A stretch of DNA of 64,000 nucleotides from NCBI GenBank assembly GCA_035283185.1, contig DATEUJ010000144.1, positions 17,185 through 81,184 on the forward strand, in the 5' to 3' direction. The notes beneath the pieces are model-generated. The model was not told the DNA's origin. It was given only the letters and a program-made list of their open reading frames with translations, and searched no databases. The DNA comes from Anaerolineae bacterium (lineage in GTDB: Bacteria > Chloroflexota > Anaerolineae > Fen-1058). This document shows positions 10,682 to 19,411 of this stretch, in pieces; positions within the stretch are counted from its first letter, which is position 1; every line of letters starts with the position of its first letter. Made by a program: the position numbers and the translations under genes.

Positions 10682-11815
10682 TTACTTGACGACCTGAGCA
10701 TAGGCGTGATAGCGGGCACGCCCGGCCTGCTCGTCGAACTGGCCCTCCCAGACGCCAAGCGCGGTGTTTAGCCAGATATAGCGCTCGTCCTGGGTACTAA
10801 ACTGAAGCGCCATCGTCAGACGCCAAAGATGCGGATAATCCTTATCGTATCCCCGCAGGCCGTACCCCTTCGCATCGAACCAGATCTGCGCCCCATCCTC
10901 TGTCTCGATGACGCCACCTGGATGGGTCGTGCATAGATGCTGACCGGGCGCAGGCTGGATACCGGCTTTCACCAGCAGGTAGGCGCAGTCAGCAGAGTAC
11001 ATCGACCAGCGGATGGTCCCTCGGATCTTCGCGCCCGTGACCGTTCCCTCGCCGCTGCCGATCAGATCGCCCTCCCGGTTCTCGTCTGGCACGACGACAT
11101 CCATGTCCGACTTGTACGCCAATTCTGCGTCGAACAGGTGCTCAAGATGCCGCTGGGCCTGCTCTGCGTAGAGGAGGACCCTGGCCCACACCTGCCGTCC
11201 CAGTTCGAAGCCATCGTCCACCGAGAGGATGACGATGCCGTCCCGACCAGCAGCCCAGCGCTCGGCTTCCGCCTGCGAGGCGAAGAAGTGGATGTGCTCG
11301 CAGAAGGTGTTCCAGATCGCCTCGACGGAGGCCATATCCTCTCGTGTCGGATCGACGATAACCATTGAGACTACTGCGCTGGTCGGGCTTACATTCTCCA
11401 CTCGCTCCGGGCTTACCGTCAGCCGCACCTTCTGTTTGGAAAGCGGCGAATACGACTCGACAGTGGCCGTCTGCTGCAGCAGGGAGGGCAGGAACAGCGT
11501 GTCCTCTGCGCACCAGGCTGACAGTGACACACCGTTGACGTACAGTCGATGCGGGTGATCGTTCAGCGACAGCCCCATGATGCCGACGATGTTGTCAGCG
11601 CCGTCCCGTTCGGTAATCTCCCGCAAGAACGGGTGTGCCTCATCTCGACTGATCCCAATGTCGGCGGTCATCCGATCCACCTGCGCTCCGGTGACCGGGC
11701 GACCGGATGCCAGACTGCGCAAGACCCGGACCAACAGGCGCGAGTGATGTGGCCCGTAATCCAGCAGACTGGCCGCCATCTTCTGCGCCATTTCGTTGAC
11801 GCGTGCGTTGTTCAT
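10682..11815 (-). CDS. merB: organomercurial lyase MerB fused to a C-terminal ~170-aa beta-rich domain (DUF3237-like)
   Basis: LSAWCAEDTLFLP (catalytic Cys and Asp) and NTFCEHIHFFAS (second catalytic Cys) match MerB. The extra C-terminal domain (...GTIRWSMYSADCAYL...GVIETEDGAQIWFDAKG...) is not part of canonical MerB. Confidence 0.8.
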   Translation of the reverse strand: MNNARVNEMAQKMAASLLDYGPHHSRLLVRVLRSLASGRPVTGAQVDRMTADIGISRDEAHPFLREITERDGADNIVGIMGLSLNDHPHRLYVNGVSLSAWCAEDTLFLPSLLQQTATVESYSPLSKQKVRLTVSPERVENVSPTSAVVSMVIVDPTREDMASVEAIWNTFCEHIHFFASQAEAERWAAGRDGIVILSVDDGFELGRQVWARVLLYAEQAQRHLEHLFDAELAYKSDMDVVVPDENREGDLIGSGEGTVTGAKIRGTIRWSMYSADCAYLLVKAGIQPAPGQHLCTTHPGGVIETEDGAQIWFDAKGYGLRGYDKDYPHLWRLTMALQFSTQDERYIWLNTALGVWEGQFDEQAGRARYHAYAQVVK

Positions 11816-12401
11816 CGTACACCCTCCTCACATCAGTTGGTTTGAGAAGAGCATACACCCTGCCCCCGGGGGGAGAGTCAAGAGGCAATTTCGTTTTAGC
11901 CGACCTGCGGCGCGGGTCTGATGCGTACAGCTCCAGGTCGGCTTGCCCTGTCAGCGCCGGAGCGTGAGCAACCTGGAAGTCGAGGATGCGGTGACGCAGC
12001 ACCTGCAAGTCCGATATGCGCTCCTCGACGCGGGCCAGCACCTGGTTCAGCTTGTCGGCCAGGTGTGGGCCGATCGCTTCGCCGGGGTGCTCGCAGTAGA
12101 TCGCGGAGACCTCCTGGATCTCCTTTAGCGTCAGCCCCAGCGAGCGCAGGCTGCCGATCACCTGCACGCACCACAAGGCCGATTCGTCGAACAGGCGATA
12201 GTTACTCTCGCTTCGGCCCAGCGTATACAGCAATCCGAGCCGCTCGTATTCGCGCAGCGCTTTGATCGACACGCCGCTGTGCCGGGCGAGTTGCCCGATG
12301 GTCATTGGTTTCGACGGCAACCTGTCAATTGTGCCCCGGTTCTCCGCAAGTTCGCGGCCGAGATAAGGTTCATTCGCAGGATTAGTCTTGGATGTGGGCA
12401 T
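11640..12401 (-). CDS. MerR-family HTH transcriptional regulator (3' end uncertain)
   Basis: MTIGQLARHSGVSIKALREYERLGLL is a MerR-type HTH. The ORF tail overlaps merB by ~175 nt in another frame, so either the stop was lost or the tail is non-functional. An alternative start is ATG 12305. Confidence 0.65.
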   Translation of the reverse strand: MPTSKTNPANEPYLGRELAENRGTIDRLPSKPMTIGQLARHSGVSIKALREYERLGLLYTLGRSESNYRLFDESALWCVQVIGSLRSLGLTLKEIQEVSAIYCEHPGEAIGPHLADKLNQVLARVEERISDLQVLRHRILDFQVAHAPALTGQADLELYASDPRRRSAKTKLPLDSPPGGRVYALLKPTDVRRVYDEQRTRQRNGAEDGGQSAGLRATSLAPVGPGLAQSGIRSPGHRSAGGSDDRRHWDQSR

Positions 12402-12624
12402 GAGTGGCTCTCCGATCGTGGGTATCACCTTCTTGGCGGGCCTACTAACCCATTGTCATGGTGATAGGCCGGGAACTCAGAATAACAAACACAAGCATCA
12501 ATCTGGCTGAGAGCCACACAGTCCGGCGCTGACGGCGCAGGACTTGCGTCGATAAGTCCCCGGTGACTTCACGGATACCCGGCAACTGCCGGACGCTCGC
12601 AAGCGTGACCGCGAGTCAACCAGG

Positions 12625-12822
12625 TCAAGTCCAGCCGCGGACGTTGAAGCCCAGCCTCGTCTCAGTTCTAGATGGGGCCATAGATGTTGAGACGATGACG
12701 GGCGTGGGTGCAGGGACAGATGTGGGTGCCAGCACTGTTGGCGTGGAAGCGGTCGACCGGACAGTGCAAGCCGAAGCGATGATCGCGAGTGCGGACAGAA
12801 GCGTTGGCCGTTTCATGACCAA
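12625..12822 (-). CDS. possible small lipoprotein
   Basis: The N-terminus MVMKRPTLLSALAIIASAC looks like a lipobox signal. The rest is Pro/Thr/Ser-rich. Weak call. Confidence 0.3.
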   Translation of the reverse strand: MVMKRPTLLSALAIIASACTVRSTASTPTVLAPTSVPAPTPVIVSTSMAPSRTETRLGFNVRGWT

Positions 12823-12899
12823 TCATCCCGCTCTTGGACGGCTTGCGCTCGCCCCGCCCGAGAAGAAGAACATATTCGGGTAACTCGCCACTCGCTCCC

Positions 12900-13784
12900 C
12901 TACGGAAACAGCAGGCGCACGAACTGCTCCACGTTGAGCGCCGAATACAGGTTAAACGATCCGACCAAGATGAGCACGATGCTGGACACCAGTTTGATCT
13001 TGGGCGCGACGGCTTTCAGTTGTCCGATCAATGTCTGATGCGAGGCAGCGACCAGCCCGGAGACGACGAGCATCGCCGTGCCCATCGTGAGCGAGAACAC
13101 CACAAAGGCGCTCAGGGTCGAGGCAAACCCACCCGACGAGAGAGCGCCAAGCATCAGCCCGGCCAGGATGGGACCGGTGCAGCCCATGCCGGCGGTGTTG
13201 TAGCCCAGACCGTACAGGTACAGGCTGGCCGCCGGACTCGACCTGCCCTCGCGGCGCGGCCGCGTGCGATAAGCCATCGCATCCAGGAAGGCGGGTTTCA
13301 AGTTCCAGCCGGCGATTTGTCCGATGCCCAATAGCACGAACACCAAGCCGACCCCACCTCGGAAAACGCGCACGAACAGGCTCGGCTGCGGGCCGGACAC
13401 GGACAGTCCCTGGGCGATCCCAACCCCTAACGTCGCGATGATTACGCCCAGGATCAGGTCGAAGGTGACCACTCCCAGCGCAGCGGCCAGCCCCAGTTTC
13501 AACGCCCGGCCCCTGCCGGATTGTGCAGCATCCGGCTCCGGCCGAGCCAGGTAGTAAAACGAAAGATAGCCTGGCAGCAGCGGAAAGGCGCACGGGGAAA
13601 AGAAACTGGCAACGCCGGCAACGACAGCCAATGCGTAAAGGTTCAGCACGCTTAGGTCTGATGTGGTGGCAAAGGCGCGGAAGCCAAAGTAGCCGGCGAC
13701 GATAAGCACCGCAAGAACGACCAGCAGTCCGACGTATTGCAACCGGGCCCATCGCGGATGGAAACCGGCTGTTGGGGTGCTCAT
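12900..13784 (-). CDS. DsbD/CcdA-family membrane protein (canonical order) within the mer island
   Basis: FFSPCAFPLLPGY (TM1 Cys) and GMGCTGPILAG (TM4 Cys). Multi-TM. Confidence 0.75.
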   Translation of the reverse strand: MSTPTAGFHPRWARLQYVGLLVVLAVLIVAGYFGFRAFATTSDLSVLNLYALAVVAGVASFFSPCAFPLLPGYLSFYYLARPEPDAAQSGRGRALKLGLAAALGVVTFDLILGVIIATLGVGIAQGLSVSGPQPSLFVRVFRGGVGLVFVLLGIGQIAGWNLKPAFLDAMAYRTRPRREGRSSPAASLYLYGLGYNTAGMGCTGPILAGLMLGALSSGGFASTLSAFVVFSLTMGTAMLVVSGLVAASHQTLIGQLKAVAPKIKLVSSIVLILVGSFNLYSALNVEQFVRLLFP

Positions 13785-14005
13785 GCGACCTCCACATGAT
13801 AGCCGATCCAGTCCAGTTCAGCCTTGACCTTTTCGAGATCGACTTCGCTGGATGCTGGACTGATCTCGATCGTCTGGGCCTTCTGGTCGGCCTTGACCGA
13901 TCGCACGCCGGGCAAGCGTGCGAGGGTGAATTCGATGGTGCGCTCGCATCCAGCGCAGTGCAGTGTTTGCTCACCGATAATTTTGAGCTTGAGGTGTTGA
14001 GTCAT
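13781..14005 (-). CDS. heavy-metal-associated (HMA) domain protein, MerP/CopZ-like
   Basis: MTQHLKLKIIGEQTLHCAGCERTIE contains the CxxC HMA motif. 74 aa. Confidence 0.8.
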   Translation of the reverse strand: MTQHLKLKIIGEQTLHCAGCERTIEFTLARLPGVRSVKADQKAQTIEISPASSEVDLEKVKAELDWIGYHVEVA

Positions 14006-14049
14006 GGATGTTCTCTCCCTCGGGCAACGTTGCGCATTCTTCAAATCCA

Positions 14050-14631
14050 TTACCGGTGGCCACCGGGCCAGGTCAGGATGGGCATATTTACAACAATGCC
14101 GGGGCGCGCGATCATAAGCTCGCCTCTAGACTCCGTCGCTCTCACTTCTTCTACGGAACGCAACTCTACCACTGTCACACCCTCTTTCCAGGTGACCAGG
14201 TTGATTGCCCGCAGCGGGCTATACCCCTCATCGCCCGGCACCGAATCGAATACATCGGGTTGAAAGCCAAAGGGACCATCGCCTTTGACGCCGTTGGTGA
14301 AGACGTAGACATTGGCCAGGAGCGATTCTGGCGTCTGAGCCAAACGAGGAACCAGCACAACCTGTGGCCCCATCATGCGGGTTAGCATATCCGCCACCTG
14401 CTGATCCGAAGCCTCGGTGTGGATGAAGAAAATCTCCTCTCCGGCAGAAAATCCCTTCACCGGTGGCACCAAATCCGTGGACTGGACTGAACTTGCCATG
14501 TCACCCATGCTGGCGACAGTGGCTTGAGGCGTAGCAGTTGGACTCAGCGTAGGTGATGCGGCTGACGAGCAGGCGGCGCTTAAGAGCGCCAGCACCATCG
14601 CTCCTATTACCAACTGTGTTTTCGAAATCAT
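14050..14631 (-). CDS. lipoprotein of unknown function
   Basis: Signal and lipobox LALLSAACSS. 193 aa. Placed between merA and the HMA gene. Confidence 0.6.
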   Translation of the reverse strand: MISKTQLVIGAMVLALLSAACSSAASPTLSPTATPQATVASMGDMASSVQSTDLVPPVKGFSAGEEIFFIHTEASDQQVADMLTRMMGPQVVLVPRLAQTPESLLANVYVFTNGVKGDGPFGFQPDVFDSVPGDEGYSPLRAINLVTWKEGVTVVELRSVEEVRATESRGELMIARPGIVVNMPILTWPGGHR

Positions 14632-14643
14632 CTTCCATTCCCT

Positions 14644-16326
14644 TCACCCCGCGCAGCAGGAGAGCTTCGCCACGTCCTTCTCGAAGGCGAGCGCTGCCAA
14701 TTTCAGCCCTTCGGCGTTGGTCAGGTAGGGGAACATCGTCTCGCGCAACTCGCGCACGCTGATGCCGAAGCGAATCGCCAGAACCGCCGTTTGGATCATC
14801 TCGCCCGCTTCCGGCGCCAGGATGTGCGCGCCGAGCAGGTGATCGGTCGCTGCGTTGCTCACCAACTTGATCAGGCCGCGCGTGTCACGTGCTGCGAGCG
14901 CACGCGGTACATGCACCATCGGCAGTGAACTGACCTTGACCTCGTAACCCTGCTCCCGCGCCTGATCTTCGGTGAGACCGGCCGAGGCGATCTGCGGATC
15001 GGTGAAGGTGATGCGCGGGATGTACGACACATCGTACGTCCGCCCGGCATTCGTCAGCGCGTTCTCGGTGGCCAGCTGGCCGGAATACGCCGCGACATAC
15101 ACGAACATGTCGCGTCCGGTCACGTCGCCTGCTGCATAGACGAACGGATTGTGCGTGAGCAGCAGGTCGTTAACCAGTATCTCGCCGCGTTTGCCGAGTT
15201 TCACACCCGCCTCTTCCAGACCCAGGCCGGCGGTGTTCGGGCGGCGGCCAGTGGCGACCAGCAGTTGCTCGGCCTCGAAGGTGACTTCGGCATCGTTCTT
15301 GATGCCGGTGAGAATGTAGCGGCCGTCGCGCCGTTCCACTCTGGTCGTCTTGAAGTGGGGCACGATGCGCAGACCTTCTTCTTCCAGATATTCGGCCAGT
15401 GCGGCGCTGATATCCGAGTCCTCAAACGGGGCGATGCGCGGCAGCACTTCGAGCACCGTCACGTACGTCCCGGCGCGTGCGTAAGCCTGCGCCAGTTCGA
15501 GGCCGACAGCGTTCGCGCCGAGGACGATCATCGACTTAGGCAATTCCTTCAGATCGAGTGCGGAGGTGCTGTCGAGGTAGAGGGCTTCGTTCAGGCCGGG
15601 GATGGACGGCGCCCACGGCTTTGCACCGGTGGCAATGATGATCTTTCCGGGCGCGTAACGTTTACCATCGATCTCCACGTCGTTCTTGCCGGTCAGCCGG
15701 GCGCGCCCCTGGATGTACGTGATTTCGGGATAAGCCGCCAGCACATCGGTATACTTGGCCTGCCGCATTTCGCTGACCAGTTCATCTTTGTGCGCGATGA
15801 CCTCGGGCCAGTAAATGCTACCTGGCACAGTATGCACACCCTGGAAGCGATGTTGCCCCGCCAGGTGATGCAACTCGACCGAGCGAATGAGCGTCTTCGA
15901 CGGCACGCAGCCGACGTTGACGCAGGTGCCGCCGATCGTGCCCGCCTCGACCAGCGCGACCTTGAAGCCGAGTTCCGCGCCTTTGATAGCCGCCGCGAAA
16001 CCTGATGACCCGCCGCCGATGACCATCAGGTAAAAGGAATTCCCTGAGTTCCCATCGACTCCTGGCAAGCTCACGGGAACGAAGGAACTGAGGGAACTCC
16101 GGCGCGAGCGGACAGTGGCCGAGTAGCCGGCCTCGCGCACGGCAGAGGTCAGCGCTTCGGGTGTCACGTCTACTTCGGCAGTGACGCTCGCCCGCGCGGC
16201 CTGCCAGCCGGGCACATCGACATCCTGCACACCCGGCACGCTTTTCAAGGCTTTCGTCACGTGCAGCGCGCATGAGTCGCAGGTCATGCCGCGCACGCTC
16301 AATTCCAGTTTCTCAAGTTCAGCCAT
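14644..16326 (-). CDS. merA: mercuric reductase MerA with N-terminal HMA domain
   Basis: ATG 16326 with AGGAGAG RBS. GMTCDSC (NmerA). GGTCVNVGCVPSK redox centre. C-terminal KLSCCAG. Confidence 0.92.
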   Translation of the reverse strand: MAELEKLELSVRGMTCDSCALHVTKALKSVPGVQDVDVPGWQAARASVTAEVDVTPEALTSAVREAGYSATVRSRRSSLSSFVPVSLPGVDGNSGNSFYLMVIGGGSSGFAAAIKGAELGFKVALVEAGTIGGTCVNVGCVPSKTLIRSVELHHLAGQHRFQGVHTVPGSIYWPEVIAHKDELVSEMRQAKYTDVLAAYPEITYIQGRARLTGKNDVEIDGKRYAPGKIIIATGAKPWAPSIPGLNEALYLDSTSALDLKELPKSMIVLGANAVGLELAQAYARAGTYVTVLEVLPRIAPFEDSDISAALAEYLEEEGLRIVPHFKTTRVERRDGRYILTGIKNDAEVTFEAEQLLVATGRRPNTAGLGLEEAGVKLGKRGEILVNDLLLTHNPFVYAAGDVTGRDMFVYVAAYSGQLATENALTNAGRTYDVSYIPRITFTDPQIASAGLTEDQAREQGYEVKVSSLPMVHVPRALAARDTRGLIKLVSNAATDHLLGAHILAPEAGEMIQTAVLAIRFGISVRELRETMFPYLTNAEGLKLAALAFEKDVAKLSCCAG

Positions 16327-16429
16327 GTCTTGCTCTCCTATTGCGCCGAAGTGCGCGCATGCTAACCAGGTGGCACACACAGTTCCCACCGTCCACGTCG
16401 TCGGTGGGGAAAGTCAGTCCCGTAACAAT

Positions 16430-16460
16430 AGAATACACCTTCCAGCCGCTGGAATGTCAA
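16430..16460 (-). promoter_or_regulatory. MerR-type promoter/operator: TTGACA, 19-bp spacer with a 7-1-7 dyad, TATTCT
   Basis: The minus strand reads TTGACA-TTCCAGCgGCTGGAAGGTG-TATTCT. The 19-bp spacer and the dyad between -35 and -10 are the MerR-family hallmark. About 100 nt upstream of merA. Confidence 0.65.
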
Positions 16461-16524
16461 GAGCGAGGTAATTTCGTCAGATTCGCTGCAGAGACCGGTG
16501 GCTACGTGTGGAAAACCTTATCGG

Positions 16525-17748
16525 CTACCCCACCTTTTTGAGATACTCCCGAATCATGAGCGCCGCCGTCGCGCCTTCGCCGACTGCCGAGGCAGCCTGC
16601 TTAGTCGAACCGGTGCGCACGTCACCCGCCGCGAACACGCCCGGCAGCGTCGTCATCAACCGATCATCAGTCATGACGAAACCGTACTTATCGATCTCGG
16701 CTTTGCCCTTCAGCAAGTCGCTATTGGGCGACAGACCGATGAACACGAACACGCCGTCGTAGCGCCATTCTTTGATCTCGTCGGTCGCCCGGTCTTCGAC
16801 GACGACGGCGCCGAGGCGATGATCTTTGCGCTTAAACTCTTTCACCGCGTGATTCGTCGTCACCGACATGTTGGGCTACTTGGCGACCTTATCTTGCAGA
16901 ATCTGGCTGGCTTTCACCTGCGGCATGAACTCGACGATGTCTACCTGAGAAGCAAACTTCGTGAGGAACAGCCCTTCTTCAAAGCCGCTATTGCCTCCAC
17001 CGACGACGAGCACCTTCTTGCCTTTGTAGAACGCGCCGTCGCACGTCGCGCAGAAATGGATGTTGGTGCCGATCAGGTCGTCTTCGCCCGGCACACCCAG
17101 CCGCCGGTAGCGCGCGCCGGTCGCCAGCAGCACCGCTTTTGTTTCATATTCCTGGCCGCTCGCCGTCGTGACACACACATACGGTCCATCAGGAGAAATG
17201 TCTGCGACTTCCTGCGCCTGCAAGATTTCAACACCGAAGCGGCGCGCCTGTCGAGCCAGCCGATCGGCAAACTCCGCGCCGGCAATGCCCTGGTCGAAGC
17301 CGGGGAAGTTGTCGAGCGTCTCGGTGATGCCGGCTTGCCCGCCCATGCCGGCTTTCTCGATGACGAGCGTGTCCATACCCTCGCGGGCCATGTACAGTGC
17401 GGCGGTCAACCCGGCCGGCCCGCTGCCGACGACAACGGAATCGTAGAAAGTGCGTTTGGCTTTCGTCTGCAGGCCGAGTTTCTCGGCAAGTTGTGCGTTC
17501 GAGGGTTCGACCAGGATCGAGCCGTCCGGGAACACGATGGTGGGAATGACCCGCATGCCGTTGTTCACCTTCTCGACGAAGGCCATCGCTTCGGCATCCT
17601 GCTCGATGTCGATGTTGACGTACGGCACGCGCTGCTCGCCGAAGAAGCGCTTGGCGCGCTTGCAGTCGGGGCACCATACGGTGCTGTAGACGATGATGGT
17701 GTTGGAGGTTGGAAGTTGGAGATTAGAGATTGGAGTGCTGTCGGTCAT
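16525..17748 (-). pseudogene. trxB: glutaredoxin-thioredoxin reductase fusion interrupted by one in-frame TAG (16878..16876)
   Basis: N-terminal Grx (VYSTVWCPDCKRAK), then TrxR (VVVGSGPAGLTAA, HFCATCDGAFY, VVGGGNSGFEEG). ...QDKVAK-TAG-PNMSVTTNHAVKEF... continues in the same frame to GVFAAGDV...REYLKKVG. Confidence 0.7.
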
Positions 17749-18473
17749 ACGGGAACCTCAGGTGGACGGAGTGGAATGATGAAATCATCGGCAAACAGTC
17801 GATCGACTTCGATGCCGAGTTGTCGATACAGTTCCGGCGGCACACTGATGTCGGCCAGATACAGATCGCCGACGAACGGTCGAGCCTGCGGCGTCAGCAG
17901 TCCCGTCTTCGGCAGGGCCAGCGTCAGCGTCGCAGTCGCGCGAATGCACGGCGATCCCGGCTGCCCGGTGGTCGTATCAAGTCCGGATGGCGTGTCGAGC
18001 GCCAGAATCGGGCGGCCAGAGGCATTCGCTCGCTCGATCCACGCGGCGACCGCGCCTCGCGGGTTCCCGCTGAGGCCGTACCCGATCAAGGCATCGACGA
18101 TCAGATCGGCCTGCGCCAAATCGGGATCGGCCTTCATCGCAAGTCCCATGACCTTCAGGATGCGCCATTGATGCGCGGGGACATCCGTGAGCCGCGCTGC
18201 GTCGCCGACCAGCTTCGCCTGCACGATCGCGCCGCGATTGTGCAGATGGCGCGCCGCGACCATGCCGCCGCCGCCGTTGTTGCCCGCGCCGCACAGCACG
18301 ACGATGCGCCGCCCCACCAGCCCACCGCCCAGCATGCGACGTGCCTGCTCGGCCAGATCGCGCCCGGCATTCTCCATCATCTGTATGAGCAGGATGCCGT
18401 ACGTCTCAATCATCAATCGATCGACATCGGTCATTTGCGTCGTGGTGAGCGCCGGCAAGAGGGCATGGCTCAT
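17745..18473 (-). CDS. NAD(P)H-hydrate epimerase (YjeF N-terminal domain)
   Basis: RIVVLCGAGNNGGGGMVAARHL and ADLIVDALIGYGL are typical YjeF_N motifs. Confidence 0.8.
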   Translation of the reverse strand: MSHALLPALTTTQMTDVDRLMIETYGILLIQMMENAGRDLAEQARRMLGGGLVGRRIVVLCGAGNNGGGGMVAARHLHNRGAIVQAKLVGDAARLTDVPAHQWRILKVMGLAMKADPDLAQADLIVDALIGYGLSGNPRGAVAAWIERANASGRPILALDTPSGLDTTTGQPGSPCIRATATLTLALPKTGLLTPQARPFVGDLYLADISVPPELYRQLGIEVDRLFADDFIIPLRPPEVPV

Positions 18474-18480
18474 CAGTGTC

Positions 18481-18828
18481 TCACCCGGCTACTGGCGCAA
18501 TCTTCGCCAGCGAGAGGTCGAGACCGTGCGCCAATCGGTCTTTAGGTATATAACCGACGAAGCGATCCACTTCTTGTCCACCCGCAAACAGTATAAGCGT
18601 CGGGATGCCGTGAACGCCGTACGCTTGCGATACGTCGGGGTTCGCGTCCACGTCCAACTTGGCGAACTGAATCTGCCCGTCGTATTCGTCGGCCAGCGTG
18701 TCGACCACCGGAGCCAGCATCCGGCACGGTCCGCACCACGCCGCCCAGAAATCGACGACGGTGGGAGTCGAAGACTTCAGTACCTTCTCCTCAAAATCCT
18801 GACTTGTGACCTTGAGCGGCTTGGACAT
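18481..18828 (-). CDS. trxA: thioredoxin
   Basis: ATG 18828 with GGAG RBS. VVDFWAAWCGPCRMLAP...GIPTLILF. Confidence 0.9.
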   Translation of the reverse strand: MSKPLKVTSQDFEEKVLKSSTPTVVDFWAAWCGPCRMLAPVVDTLADEYDGQIQFAKLDVDANPDVSQAYGVHGIPTLILFAGGQEVDRFVGYIPKDRLAHGLDLSLAKIAPVAG

Positions 18829-18841
18829 GATAATCACTCCT

Positions 18842-19411
18842 TCAGCGCACCGGCAGAATCTGCGCGAGATATTGCTCGATGGCCTCGCCTGTGAGCGGCC
18901 CGGCGTTGACGGCACGTACGCTGCCGTCTGCGTCGACGAATACTGAAGTCGGCAGGCCGAACAACGCGTACGCCTTGCTCACGCTGCCGTCTTCGTCGAG
19001 CAGCACTGGGAAGGGCATCCGAAATTCGTCCACGAACGCCCGCGCGTCGGTAACGGCATCTTGAAAGGTCGAATTGATCGCCAGCACTTCCAGGCCGGCG
19101 CCCTGGTGCGCCTGATATGCCTGAACGATTTCTGGCATCTCGGCGCGGCACGGCCCGCACCACGACGCCCAGAAATTGATGAATACCGGGCGGCCCTTGT
19201 AATCCGACAGGCTCACTTCGCCGCCCTCCAGCGTCTTGAGCGTGAAGTCCGGCGCGGATGTGCCCGGTCGCAGACCGAACCCCGCGACCGGCGCATTGGT
19301 CGGGGCCGGGTTCGGGTCGGGCGGTGAAGTGGGTATCGAAATTGCTGCTGGCGCGCAGGCCGCCAGCAACACAGCCAGCCCGACGAAAGCCATCCACACT
19401 CGCCGTTTCAT
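18842..19411 (-). CDS. TlpA/ResA-like extracytoplasmic thiol:disulfide oxidoreductase (lipoprotein)
   Basis: Lipobox LLAACAP. FINFWASWCGPCRAEMP. Confidence 0.85.
   Translation of the reverse strand: MKRRVWMAFVGLAVLLAACAPAAISIPTSPPDPNPAPTNAPVAGFGLRPGTSAPDFTLKTLEGGEVSLSDYKGRPVFINFWASWCGPCRAEMPEIVQAYQAHQGAGLEVLAINSTFQDAVTDARAFVDEFRMPFPVLLDEDGSVSKAYALFGLPTSVFVDADGSVRAVNAGPLTGEAIEQYLAQILPVR

Noticed and set aside
11640-11815. The 175-nt overlap of the MerR-family ORF tail with merB as a functional overlapping gene.
   Set aside because: The tail is low-complexity and Arg/Gly/Ser-rich, and it lies beyond the usual MerR length. Loss of the original stop or an undetected frameshift is more plausible.
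12563-12883. 106-aa plus-strand ORF between the MerR-family gene and the DsbD-like gene.
   Set aside because: It has no start context or motifs and lies antisense to a possible small lipoprotein ORF. Its composition looks non-coding.
16876-16878. In-frame TAG in the Grx-TrxR gene as a pyrrolysine codon.
   Set aside because: No pyl genes or PYLIS-like context were seen. The position is not a catalytic residue. Pyl is not expected in this kind of gene or lineage. Nonsense mutation or sequence error is far more likely.
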